From NCBI GenBank assembly GCA_963700315.1, contig CAVOXC010000001.1:397809-461808 (forward strand): 64,000 nucleotides of DNA. Reading direction: 5' to 3'. The stretch is from an uncultured Acidobacteriota bacterium. Its GTDB lineage: Bacteria; Acidobacteriota; Thermoanaerobaculia; Multivoradales; JAGPDF01. This document shows positions 8,890-18,896 of the stretch, piece by piece (within the stretch, counting starts at the first letter, position 1; the number at the start of each line of letters is the position of its first letter). The notes beneath the pieces were generated by a model. That model had not been told where the DNA came from. It searched no databases and saw nothing but the letters and a program-made list of their open reading frames with translations. The translations under genes were made by a program, and so were the position numbers.

Positions 8890-11316
8890 TCAGGGGCAGA
8901 CAGCGAGGGCGGCGCTGTCGAGGACCGGCGGGAAAGGCTGACCTCTCGGGTTGGTGAAACTCCAGGTCTCGCTGCTCGCGGTGTCCTCGACGAGGATCTC
9001 GACCTCGACGTTGGTCAACCCGGCCGCGTAGACCCAGAAGTGGTCGTCGATCGCGCAGCCGTCGAGGACCTTGACCGCGAGCTCGACGTTCTCGGGCCCG
9101 AAGAACCAGAAGAGCCCACTGTCGGCGCCGACGGGTATCGCCGTCGCCGCCCCCTGGTGCCCTTCGAAGTCGCGCCAGGTCGCGCTGACGCGAAAGCGCT
9201 CGCCCGTGAGGCAGAGGTGCGTCGCGTCGTCGACGCAGCCGCTCTCCCCGGTCGCCGCGGGCCCCGCCTCGCCCGGCCCGCTCTCGGCACGCCCCGCAGC
9301 GGCGCCGGCGCGGATCGCCGGTTCCCTGAATGAGCCCTGGACCGAGTCGAGTGGATCCGGCGCATCGCGATCCTCGCTGCGAAGGGGAGGCCGCCGAGGA
9401 AGCTCTCTGTCGAAGACGAAGGGTCGGAGCGCCTCGAGGCGCTGCGGGGTGGGCGCTTCGGCTTGCCCGATCCCCCGTAGATGGAGCTTCCTCGACCGCC
9501 CGAACCGGCTCGATGCTGGAGAGCGCTCCGGCCGGAGGCTGACCCGGTCACCAGCTCCAGGTGACGCCTCGAGCGGCAGCCGATCGGCTGCGACCGACGA
9601 AGACCCCGTCGCCGGAGGGATGTTGACCGCGGTGGCCTGAACAGGGGCCCCTCCGCCGGCCCAGCCGCTCGAATCGCCGGGCGTCGGATCGGGCGCCGCG
9701 CAGGTCGCGAGGTCGTTCACCCGCTGGAGTGGCTGGAAGGGGGTGGCGAGGGGGTTCGCGTAGACGCGCACGCGCCCGGTCCAGGTGTCGGTGACGATCA
9801 GGTCGACCTCGACGTCGGTCAGCCCCGCCGCGTAGATCCAGTAGTTGCCGTTGATGCCACAGCCGTCGAGCACCTTGACCAGCAGCTCGAAGTTCTCCGC
9901 CGAGAAGAACCAGAAGCCGCCGCTGTCCGCGGTCAATGGCAGCGCCCGCGCCGCGCCGGTGAGCCCGATCGCCGTGTCGTAGAAGGCGCGCACGAGGAAG
10001 CGCCCTCCCCCGAGGCAGAGCGTCGTCGCGTCCGAAACGCATGGAAGCGCGAACTGCCGCACCACCGCCTCGGTGCGTTCGTAGTCGTAGAGCCAAGCGG
10101 TGCCCGACACGACGAGCACCCCGGCATCCGAGAGCGCGACGTGGGGGCGCTCGTAGTCGCCCGTGAGGCCGGGGGAGATCCAGAAGAGTTCGCCGCGCGG
10201 CTCGCCGTCGGCGCCGTAGCCGCGCCCCCAGAGCTCGTAGAAGTAACCGGCCGGCTCGTTCGTGCTCGCGAAGGCGACGACGAAGTTGCCGGCGTGGTCG
10301 ACCGAGACGTCGGCGTCGAGCTGCGCGGAGTAGGCGTCGGAGCTGACCTGAAACTCGGGGCCGACCTTGGCTCCCGATGGGTCGAAGCGCTGCCCATAGA
10401 CCCCGAGCCCCGACCCGTCCTGCCCCACGCTGTCCCAGACGACCACGAAGTTCCCGGCCGCGTCGGCCGCGACGTCGGGGAAGGACTGATGGCCGCTCGT
10501 GTAGGAGTTGACCTGGAGCTCGGCCGTCACCGGCGTGCCGTCGCGCTCGAAGATCCGCGCGAGCACTCCGTCCCCCGAACCGTCCGACTCGAAGTCGCTC
10601 CAGGCGACGACCAGCCGCCCCGCCGGCAGCCCAGCCACACTGACCTTGGGATGAAGGCCGTACTCGATCGCCCGCATGTGATCGGTCACCACGAACGGGT
10701 CCGCCTCCGCCACGCCCTCGGTAGAGTACGAACCGGCCCGCACCCGGTATTCGGCTTGGGGGTTACCAAGATCTCGCCACGCAACGGCGAAGGTACTGTC
10801 GGCCCGTGCGGCGACAGCTTCGGCACGAGCGGCACCGAACAGTGGCGTCGTCGCGGTCAGCAGGGAATCGGCGGGCCCACTCAACAGCCCACCCGCATCG
10901 ACCCACCGACCGTAAGGGGATCCCAACGGCACTCCTGGCTCACCGGGAGCATACCAGACCGCGAGCCCGCGGCCCGCGCGCGTGAAGGCGATCGCCCCCT
11001 CGTTCGGGCAGCACCACACCTGCGGGCCGTTCAACACCAGGTTCGGATCGACCGGGGTGCCATCCTCGCCGTAGAACCGAGCGGTGACCTCGATGCTGTA
11101 TAGGTCCTCGCCCACCAGTACGGGGTCGTTGTAGACCACGGCGAATCGGCCCTCCTGATCGATTGCGCAGGCGTTGCGGTTGATAAAGGCCTCGGCCCCG
11201 GAATCGAGGTCGACGACACGCATCGGCGACGTCGACCACTGGCCGAGGAGCGCCGGGGCGCCCGCCAGTAGCGCCCCGACCCAAACTCGCAGGATTGCCC
11301 TGACGGTCACTCTCAC
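8890..11316 (-). CDS. large secreted repeat protein ending in two copies of a 114-aa four-Cys domain
   Basis: Intact 808-aa ORF. The GTG start at 11316 (alternative GTG 11310) is followed by signal-like ILRVWVGALLAGAPALLG. Repeated units are FAVVYND, FAVAWRD, LVVAWSDFESDGSGDG, FVVVWDSVGQDGSGLG and FVVAFAS. Two homologous C..C..FWFF..N.EL.VKVLDGC..W.YAAGLT.VEV....D...C domains sit at aa 426-539 and 694-807. Confidence 0.85.
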   Translation of the reverse strand: MRVTVRAILRVWVGALLAGAPALLGQWSTSPMRVVDLDSGAEAFINRNACAIDQEGRFAVVYNDPVLVGEDLYSIEVTARFYGEDGTPVDPNLVLNGPQVWCCPNEGAIAFTRAGRGLAVWYAPGEPGVPLGSPYGRWVDAGGLLSGPADSLLTATTPLFGAARAEAVAARADSTFAVAWRDLGNPQAEYRVRAGSYSTEGVAEADPFVVTDHMRAIEYGLHPKVSVAGLPAGRLVVAWSDFESDGSGDGVLARIFERDGTPVTAELQVNSYTSGHQSFPDVAADAAGNFVVVWDSVGQDGSGLGVYGQRFDPSGAKVGPEFQVSSDAYSAQLDADVSVDHAGNFVVAFASTNEPAGYFYELWGRGYGADGEPRGELFWISPGLTGDYERPHVALSDAGVLVVSGTAWLYDYERTEAVVRQFALPCVSDATTLCLGGGRFLVRAFYDTAIGLTGAARALPLTADSGGFWFFSAENFELLVKVLDGCGINGNYWIYAAGLTDVEVDLIVTDTWTGRVRVYANPLATPFQPLQRVNDLATCAAPDPTPGDSSGWAGGGAPVQATAVNIPPATGSSSVAADRLPLEASPGAGDRVSLRPERSPASSRFGRSRKLHLRGIGQAEAPTPQRLEALRPFVFDRELPRRPPLRSEDRDAPDPLDSVQGSFREPAIRAGAAAGRAESGPGEAGPAATGESGCVDDATHLCLTGERFRVSATWRDFEGHQGAATAIPVGADSGLFWFFGPENVELAVKVLDGCAIDDHFWVYAAGLTNVEVEILVEDTASSETWSFTNPRGQPFPPVLDSAALAVCP

Positions 11317-14300
11317 TACTCCCAGATCGGCTCGCCTTCCGGGTCCTCCGGCGACTCGACCGGAGGGTCAGAGACCGTGAAGAAGAGCCGGGTCTCGTCC
11401 GTCTTGGGAGAGCCCGTCGTCAAGAAAATCCGGACGAACCGACCATCGCCATCGGGATGGCCCAAGGTCTCCCATTCGATTCGCACGTCACCGTCGGTCC
11501 CAATCCAGGCACGAGCCAAACGAAGTATCTCGGCAGGCAGCTCGTTCACTTGAACCGGCGAGGTCAGCTCCCTTCCCGCTCCATCGAGCCACTGGAGCTG
11601 GACCGACGGGTCGCCCTCCTCTCCCACCCGCTCGACCCAAGCGAGCGCGAAGCGCCCGTCCGCCCTCGCGGCCAAGCGCGGATTCCAGCGAGCAATCTCC
11701 GTCCCCGTCAGGAGCGTCATTGGCGACTTCCAGAACTTTCCGTCGAACGCTGCCACCCGGAGCATCGAAGGCGACATGCCCTCATCGTACCCGCGAGCCG
11801 TCCAAGCCACCAGGGCCTTGCCCGCGGCATCCATCGCGGTGGTAGCCGCCACGTCGTCGCTGACGAGTCCGCCTCCGCCCTCGGAAACGATGACCTCGGC
11901 GCCCACCGGCCCATCCGATCCGACGAAGCGAGCGTGAATCTCCGAGTCTCCATCGCCGTCGGAATCGTCCTGCCAGGCGACCAGGTAGGTTCCTTTTCCA
12001 TCCGCGCCGACCTGTGGGTGAATCGGGAATCTTTCCTGGGCTCCATCGCTGATCGCAAACGTCGTGGAACCTCCCGAGCCGTCCAGCTTCAGGATCTCGC
12101 CATCGATGCCCCACGGCCCTTCGGGCTCGCTGCGTCCCGCCCAGGCGCGCAGGAACTTGGCCGAGGCACCTGCCCAGCCCTCAGCGTAGCCAGGCAGCTG
12201 CGCGGAGACCTTCAAGAGGACGTCCTCGTTTCCCAGAGCCTCGCCATGGAGGGGATTCTCGAAGGCACATAGCGTCGGCGGTGAGCTGGCGTTGCACCAG
12301 TAGCAGGTGTCTCCCTGTGGGGGATTCTGGCACCAGACGAGATCGATCGTGCACGGAGGGGCCGGCCAGTTCGGACATCTGAGAATGGGACCGCTCGAGG
12401 AGATATCGGAGCCGGTCCTTGGATCAACCCAGGTAAGCCCACCTGGACCGGCGACCAGGTTCGTGGGATCGAGACAGAGCACCCTGTTCTGCGGCATGTA
12501 GAAGACCAGGGTCTCCGGGTCTCGACCGAGCGCCATCTGAAACGGCTCGCCGGGATGCTCGCAAAGGTCGGGCTCTCCCGGGTTCAGGTCTGCGATGATG
12601 CGCGACTGCTCGAAGGGAGTGAGGAAGGGCGCGCCGTCTGCGGGTCCGACGCTTCGCAGCTGCTCACCCCAGAATCCCATCGCGGCCGATGAGAGAGCGC
12701 GGGCACCCGGGTCGCCATTCAGCATGTCGGTGACCTGGTCCCAGTTGTTGTTGCGATTCCGGTACTTGTCGCAATGAACCGGCTGCTGACCGAGCGGGAG
12801 ACTGCAGACGTTCCAGTCCCAGACGCCTCCGACTCCGAGGCTGTGGCCGAACGAACCGTTGAGCCACGTGAGGTACATGGCCTCCCGCGCCCGATAGGCG
12901 TTGCGATGGTAGGTGCGACCTCCCTCGTTGACCAGCGGCTCCCCCTCGTCGTAGGTCGCTTCGGCATTCAGGGCGCCGCGTCGCGGCTGCAGCGCGAGGA
13001 TCGCCGGCGGCTTCGTTCTCGCCGTTCCCAAGACCCAGCCGAGCTGCTCGCCCTCGCCCTTGCCGAGCCAGGCGCCGCTCTGGAGCATCTGGAAGTCGAG
13101 CCAGGATTCGCTCTGGATCCTCATCATCTCCGTCGCGCCCGCGTTCTGGCCGAAGTGGTTGGTGACGGGCAAGTGGGGCGTCGCGGCGGCGATCTCGGAT
13201 CCGACCGCCTTCATGAGCTGCTCGACCGTCTCCCCGTTGTGCGCCTGCTGGAACGGCCTGCTGTCGAACGAAGGGGACAGGACCACCATGTTGCCGGCGA
13301 GGCGCGCAGCTAGGAACCGGGCGAAGGTCCGTGCCCGAGCGATCCTCGGATAGCGATCCTCGTCGTAGTTGTCCTCGTGATCGACGTCCTGCTCACCGGT
13401 GACCGGGTCCACCCAATCGGGCGCGCCGGGATCGTCGGGGTCGCTCTGGCGGCGGCTCCCCGTCGGCTCCATGACACCGGCGACGAACGCGACCATTCCG
13501 TGGTCGTTGATGCTCTTCACGAGCCCTTCGAAGTTGCGCCAGAACGAGAGCCTGGGTCGCGAGCAGTCCTTCGGCTCGACCTCTTCGTCCCTGTTCGGCG
13601 TGCAGTTCCAGCTCTCGTCGTTCTCGAAGGCCTCCGCTTCGTTGTCCCCTTCGGGGAAGGCCCAGTAGGGCGCCGGGCCCAGGTGGATGACCGTGAACCC
13701 CTTCTCGGCGCGGTCCTCGAGGTAGTCGATCCAGGTCGGATTCGTCGGCGTGGTGCGAATCGGCGCGGCCCAAGCACTGTCCCCAATCCACGGGAAAGTC
13801 CGTGAACCAGGGCTCCGGCCGTGAACGAGGCCAACCCAATGGCGCGTCTGCCCTGTCAGGGAGTCCTGCCACGAATACTCCTGCGGCGAAGGCAATCCGT
13901 GCACGTACAGTAGGTTTGGCGGACCTGACCCAAGCACGCCTACGTTTCCGGTCGCCGCATTGACCCCCGAACAAGGCCCCGACTCGCAATGGAGTGACCA
14001 AACCCAGCCACTTGGTGTGGGAAAGGACATTCGAAAGACGTACTCGACACGCATGCCATCGGCGGTTTCGCCATCCCATGCCGCATACGTCGTGCGAGTT
14101 TCTGCGCCATTGACGAATGTGGCCTTGATTCTCACGTCCCGGTAGCCAGCGAGGCCTCCCTGGGCTCCAGACTCCGTTACGTAGACCACCCGACATTCGA
14201 ACTTTTTGTTCGTTCCCACATATGAGTCGCAGTTGATGCTCACGGTGTCGATGGCGCCCAGGGTCATGCCCGGGCCGAGAGTCAGCGCGGCAAGGAACCA

Positions 14301-14432
14301 CCCTGCGCAGCGCCCCCACGTAGTCGGTGGCCGTTGGAATCGCGAGCGACGCTTCGACTCGTCAACGAGCCGGCCGCATCGAGCTTCGCGGGTCTCGGTC
14401 TTTGATGATCCACACTCCCCAGTCGTCATCAT
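11316..14432 (-). CDS. secreted DUF5060/DUF4038 (GH140-like glycoside-hydrolase fold) protein with C-terminal propeller-like repeats
   Basis: The frame is intact. The preferred start is ATG 14432, preceded by GAGGAGGAG, although the ORF is open to 14585. The signal-like segment is WFLAALTLGPGMTLGA. FPWIGDSAWAAP...YLEDRAEKGFTVIHLG resembles the DUF4038 signature. The C-terminal repeats are YLVAWQDDSDGDGDSEI, ALVAWTARGYDEG and FALAWVERVGEEGD. The stop TAG overlaps the GTG of the next gene by 1 nt. Confidence 0.75.
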   Translation of the reverse strand: MMTTGECGSSKTETREARCGRLVDESKRRSRFQRPPTTWGRCAGWFLAALTLGPGMTLGAIDTVSINCDSYVGTNKKFECRVVYVTESGAQGGLAGYRDVRIKATFVNGAETRTTYAAWDGETADGMRVEYVFRMSFPTPSGWVWSLHCESGPCSGVNAATGNVGVLGSGPPNLLYVHGLPSPQEYSWQDSLTGQTRHWVGLVHGRSPGSRTFPWIGDSAWAAPIRTTPTNPTWIDYLEDRAEKGFTVIHLGPAPYWAFPEGDNEAEAFENDESWNCTPNRDEEVEPKDCSRPRLSFWRNFEGLVKSINDHGMVAFVAGVMEPTGSRRQSDPDDPGAPDWVDPVTGEQDVDHEDNYDEDRYPRIARARTFARFLAARLAGNMVVLSPSFDSRPFQQAHNGETVEQLMKAVGSEIAAATPHLPVTNHFGQNAGATEMMRIQSESWLDFQMLQSGAWLGKGEGEQLGWVLGTARTKPPAILALQPRRGALNAEATYDEGEPLVNEGGRTYHRNAYRAREAMYLTWLNGSFGHSLGVGGVWDWNVCSLPLGQQPVHCDKYRNRNNNWDQVTDMLNGDPGARALSSAAMGFWGEQLRSVGPADGAPFLTPFEQSRIIADLNPGEPDLCEHPGEPFQMALGRDPETLVFYMPQNRVLCLDPTNLVAGPGGLTWVDPRTGSDISSSGPILRCPNWPAPPCTIDLVWCQNPPQGDTCYWCNASSPPTLCAFENPLHGEALGNEDVLLKVSAQLPGYAEGWAGASAKFLRAWAGRSEPEGPWGIDGEILKLDGSGGSTTFAISDGAQERFPIHPQVGADGKGTYLVAWQDDSDGDGDSEIHARFVGSDGPVGAEVIVSEGGGGLVSDDVAATTAMDAAGKALVAWTARGYDEGMSPSMLRVAAFDGKFWKSPMTLLTGTEIARWNPRLAARADGRFALAWVERVGEEGDPSVQLQWLDGAGRELTSPVQVNELPAEILRLARAWIGTDGDVRIEWETLGHPDGDGRFVRIFLTTGSPKTDETRLFFTVSDPPVESPEDPEGEPIWE

Positions 14433-14720
14433 GGTCTCCTCCTCGTCATGTCGGCCGGCGCCCAAGCGGCGTCGGTCGCTCGAAGATCGTTCTTCCTGCA
14501 CTTGTGTAGACGGAGGAGCCTCGCGATTCGAACGCGCCGCTCGTCGATCCCACCTGCCGGTGCTCGCATGCCCGCCCGCTGGCACCCCGTCACCTCCCCA
14601 GCGGGGTGGGATCGAGCTTCGGTTCGATGGCCAAGCTACCGAGGGGACGAGCCCCGCCGCATCGCTACGGGCGCTGCGAGTGGGCTCAACCGAGCGCCGT
14701 CGAGAATCGAGAGCGTCGAG

Positions 14721-15446
14721 ATGCGGAGAGAATGCGACGCCCGTCAGGCGTCACCGGTCGGAGACCGTCTCGGTTCCAGCTGCGCCGCTGGCGCGCTCGA
14801 TCGCGCCAACGAGCGCGGTTCGATAGGCCGTTCCCCGGTCGAGAGGTCCGGCGATCGCGGCGCTCTTCGAGACCTTCTCGCGTGTTTGTCGCCACGGCTC
14901 GTCCGTTGGGCGCGCGGCCGACTGCCGCGTTGGGCAAGGCGCGGCTGCGATACCGAGGATCTCGTGCAGTGCGCTGTCGCCGGAGCCTTGGCCCGCGAAG
15001 AGACTCTCTCCTCCGTCGGGGCGCGGGGCGTGCTCGGGTACCTTCGCGCCTCGATCCGGAACCGAGTCGTCGATGAGATCCGGGGAGCGGCGCTCAGGGC
15101 GCGGGCCGACCCGGCGCTCGAGGCCAGGGCCTGCCCTCCCAACACACCGCTCGCAGAAGTCCTGGACTTGGAGGCTCGGGCAGCCTTCCTCGAGGCTCGG
15201 TGTCGGCTTCCCGAGCGGGCGCAATTGCTCGTCGTCGGGCGGCTCGACCTTGGACTCTCCTATGAGGTCCTCGCTCGGTCGCTCGGCTACCCGAGTTCAG
15301 ACTCGGCGCGCATGGCGGCGAAACGAGCGGTGCTCGAGATCGGCAAGATGATCGGCGAGTCGGCGAGGACGCCCGAGCAGTCGCGGACTACAGGAGGTTC
15401 ACCGACGGTGACTGGGGCGAGCCCATCGCGCCCGGGCTTGGCTTGA
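14721..15446 (+). CDS. ECF-type RNA polymerase sigma factor (start uncertain)
   Basis: The region 2-like sequence is LVRWARGRLPRWARRGCDTEDLVQCAV...YLRASIRNRVVDEIR. The region 4-like sequence is LPERAQLLVVGRLDLGLSYEVLARSLGYPSSDSARMAAKRAV. It is divergent from the 14432 gene. The ORF is open from 14448, and ATG 14721 was chosen. Confidence 0.55.
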   Translation: MRRECDARQASPVGDRLGSSCAAGALDRANERGSIGRSPVERSGDRGALRDLLACLSPRLVRWARGRLPRWARRGCDTEDLVQCAVAGALAREETLSSVGARGVLGYLRASIRNRVVDEIRGAALRARADPALEARACPPNTPLAEVLDLEARAAFLEARCRLPERAQLLVVGRLDLGLSYEVLARSLGYPSSDSARMAAKRAVLEIGKMIGESARTPEQSRTTGGSPTVTGASPSRPGLA

Positions 15447-15556
15447 TGGCGGCCGCGAATCGACGCGCGCGGTCTCGAGAATCGACGTCAGCCAACAGAG
15501 CGCAGCCGACCGATGGCGGCGGCCGTCGGTGGGATCTCGGGCTTCGCTCGGGGGTT

Positions 15557-16677
<1,121 letters not shown>

Positions 16678-16839
16678 CGCATCGGCTGGCCGCCACCGTT
16701 TTTCGAACACCGAATCCAGCCCCGAGGCACGAGGTCCGGGGCTACTTCGATTCGTCCGTTCGAGCCTACGGGCGCCCGGGCCGACTCCCCTCCGTCCAGA
16801 CACTGGAGCGACGCCTCGCCGCAACAGCGGCGACATAGG

Positions 16840-17592
16840 ATGCCCACGATGCCCGGAGTGCTCCTGCTCGTCGCGACACCGATCGGCAACCTCGAGGACC
16901 TTTCGCCGCGCGCCGCGAGCGCTCTCGACCGAGCCGACCTCGTGGCCTGCGAGGACACTCGGCGCACCGGCCGCCTGCTCCGACACCTCGGATTGACCAA
17001 ACCGACGATCTCGCTTCACGAGCACAACGAGCGGGCGCGTCTGCCGCGCCTGCTGGCGGCGCTCGACGCGGGACGCACCGTCGCCGTCGTCTCCGACGCG
17101 GGCACCCCGCTGCTCTCCGATCCCGGCTTTCCGCTGGTGCGCGCCGCCCTCGCGGCGGGTCACCGCGTCGAGCCGATTCCGGGTCCGTCGGCGATCCTGG
17201 CTGCGCTCGTCGCCTCCGGTCTGCCCCCCTACCCCTTCACCTTCACCGGATTTCCACCGCCGAAACCTGGCAAGCGGCGCACTTTCTTCCGCAAGCTCGG
17301 CGCCCTGGGCCATACCCTGGTCGTCTTCGAATCGCCGCACCGCCTGCTCGCGAGCCTCGCCGATGCGCGGGCCGAGCTCGGCGACCGCCACGCCATGGCG
17401 GGCCGGGAGCTCACCAAGCTGCACGAGGAGCTGATCTACGGTCGGCTGTCGGAGCTCGAGGCCGAGCTCGGCGCGCGTCCGTCGCTGCTCGGTGAGTTCG
17501 TGCTCGTCGTCGGTGCCGCGGACGAGCCGCCGGCGGCCGACCGCGCTTCGGCCAAGGCCTTCCGGAAACGCAGCTCCGACCGCTCGACGTAG
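16840..17592 (+). CDS. rsmI: 16S rRNA (cytidine1402-2'-O)-methyltransferase
   Basis: LLLVATPIGNLEDLSPRA...VACEDTRRTGRLL...VSDAGTPLLSDPG fits the RsmI family. The last approximately 50 codons overlap the convergent 17436-18422 gene. Confidence 0.85.
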   Translation: MPTMPGVLLLVATPIGNLEDLSPRAASALDRADLVACEDTRRTGRLLRHLGLTKPTISLHEHNERARLPRLLAALDAGRTVAVVSDAGTPLLSDPGFPLVRAALAAGHRVEPIPGPSAILAALVASGLPPYPFTFTGFPPPKPGKRRTFFRKLGALGHTLVVFESPHRLLASLADARAELGDRHAMAGRELTKLHEELIYGRLSELEAELGARPSLLGEFVLVVGAADEPPAADRASAKAFRKRSSDRST

Positions 17593-18422
17593 GCCCGGTA
17601 GCCCTCCGGGTCGACGAAGGGATTGGTCATCTGCGCCCCCATGCGGAGCCGCGCGGACTTGCCGGCGAGGTCGAAGAACCCGCCGTGCGAAGCGAGGAAG
17701 AGGTCGCACGGCAGGCCGCGCAGCCGGGCGAAGGTCGCTTCGTAATCCGTGGCGATGGCCGGATAGGCGGGATTGCCGGCGAGCTTGTAGCTCTCCGGGT
17801 CGGGCACCGTGGCCGAGCAGACGAAGACCGCCTCGCGCCGTGTCCCGCCTGCTTCGAAGCTGGCCGTCCAGGTCGTGCACCCCTTGGTGTGGCCTGCGGT
17901 GACCTGGGCGGTGAGGGTCACGCCGCCGAGCGTGACGCTCTCGAGGTCGCGAATCTTCCGGTCGACCTGGACCGGCGGATAGGGCAGTGCGTCGCCCCAC
18001 GCGAAGTCGCCCTTGCCTCCGGCTGCGAGCAGCAGCGCATCTTCTTCGCTCGCGACCAACTGCGCACCGCTCCTCGCCTTGAGCTCGGCGAGGCCGCCCG
18101 CGTGGTCGAAGTGGGCATGGCTGTTGAGCAGGACCTTGACCGCGCCGATGCCGAGGCCGAGCGCCTCGAGATTCCGAATGATCTGGGACGCCGTCTCCGG
18201 GAAACCGCCGTCGAGCAGGATGATCCCTTCGGACGTCGCGACGGCGAACGCGGTGATGTCGCTCGCGCCGACGTAGTAGAGCGGTCCGAAGATCCGGAAC
18301 GGCTCGACCGGCCGGTTCCATTCGCGCCACTGCTCATTCGCCTGTGCGCCTGCCGGCGGCAAGACAAGCGCCGAGAGCACCGAGAGCGCGAGGGAGTAGC
18401 GAAACAACCCGCGTCGGCGCAC
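17436..18422 (-). CDS. subclass B3-like metallo-beta-lactamase fold hydrolase, secreted
   Basis: Contains the HxHxDH motif SHAHFDHAGG, later GHTKGC and ASHGG, and the signal peptide LALSVLSALVLPPAGAQA. The GTG start at 18422 follows GGAG, and the ORF is open to 18491. The S/T/P-rich C-terminal tail overlaps the rsmI 3' end, so the true stop is uncertain. Confidence 0.75.
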   Translation of the reverse strand: MRRRGLFRYSLALSVLSALVLPPAGAQANEQWREWNRPVEPFRIFGPLYYVGASDITAFAVATSEGIILLDGGFPETASQIIRNLEALGLGIGAVKVLLNSHAHFDHAGGLAELKARSGAQLVASEEDALLLAAGGKGDFAWGDALPYPPVQVDRKIRDLESVTLGGVTLTAQVTAGHTKGCTTWTASFEAGGTRREAVFVCSATVPDPESYKLAGNPAYPAIATDYEATFARLRGLPCDLFLASHGGFFDLAGKSARLRMGAQMTNPFVDPEGYRAYVERSELRFRKALAEARSAAGGSSAAPTTSTNSPSSDGRAPSSASSSDSRP

Positions 18423-18426
18423 TTCG

Positions 18427-18861
18427 TCACTCCGCCTCGGCCCAGGAGATGGTGTCCTTGGGCGGCACCACCAGCCAGCGGAAACTGCCATTGATCTTGG
18501 TCAGAACGAGCATGGTCGAAGAGCCCTCCTGCTCGGGTCGAATCTCGAGGATCTCGTAGCTCCGCGGCTTCGGGTAGATGCCCGCTTCTTGCTGCCAGGC
18601 CTCGAAGCCCTCCATCGCCTGTTCGAACTCGCCCAGGTCACCGATGTAGATCTTGTCGTTCCACCAGAGACAGATCGCTTTCTGCAATTCGTCGCTGGTC
18701 GTGCCGCCGGCCCTCTTGGCGGTCGACAGGATGAACTCGACGCGCTCGCGCGCGAGCTCTTCCTTGCTCTTGGCGAGATTCACCAGATCCTCGCAACCGG
18801 CGAGCGCCAGCGAAACGGTGGCGATCAGCGCCATCGCGGCGAGTCGCCGCCTGCTCCTCAT
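18427..18861 (-). CDS. small lipoprotein of unknown function
   Basis: ATG 18861 follows GAGGAGGTGG. The lipobox is LALAGC. The approximately 144-aa product ends 5 nt before the MBL start. Confidence 0.7.
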   Translation of the reverse strand: MRSRRRLAAMALIATVSLALAGCEDLVNLAKSKEELARERVEFILSTAKRAGGTTSDELQKAICLWWNDKIYIGDLGEFEQAMEGFEAWQQEAGIYPKPRSYEILEIRPEQEGSSTMLVLTKINGSFRWLVVPPKDTISWAEAE

Positions 18862-18896
18862 GACCACCTCCTCTAGCCGCTCCAGACCAAGCGCGC

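Noticed and set aside
6041-8941. 966-aa ORF. Comparable giant ORFs are 1555-3921, 15388-18330, 20147-22288, 4893-6662 and the 5' extension of 53650-55848.
   Set aside because: These are chimeric read-throughs. Only segments of each carry homologous sense (parts of nit/nadE, DUF1800, ada, DUF1501, M16). The remainder is out-of-frame or antisense text of neighbouring genes.
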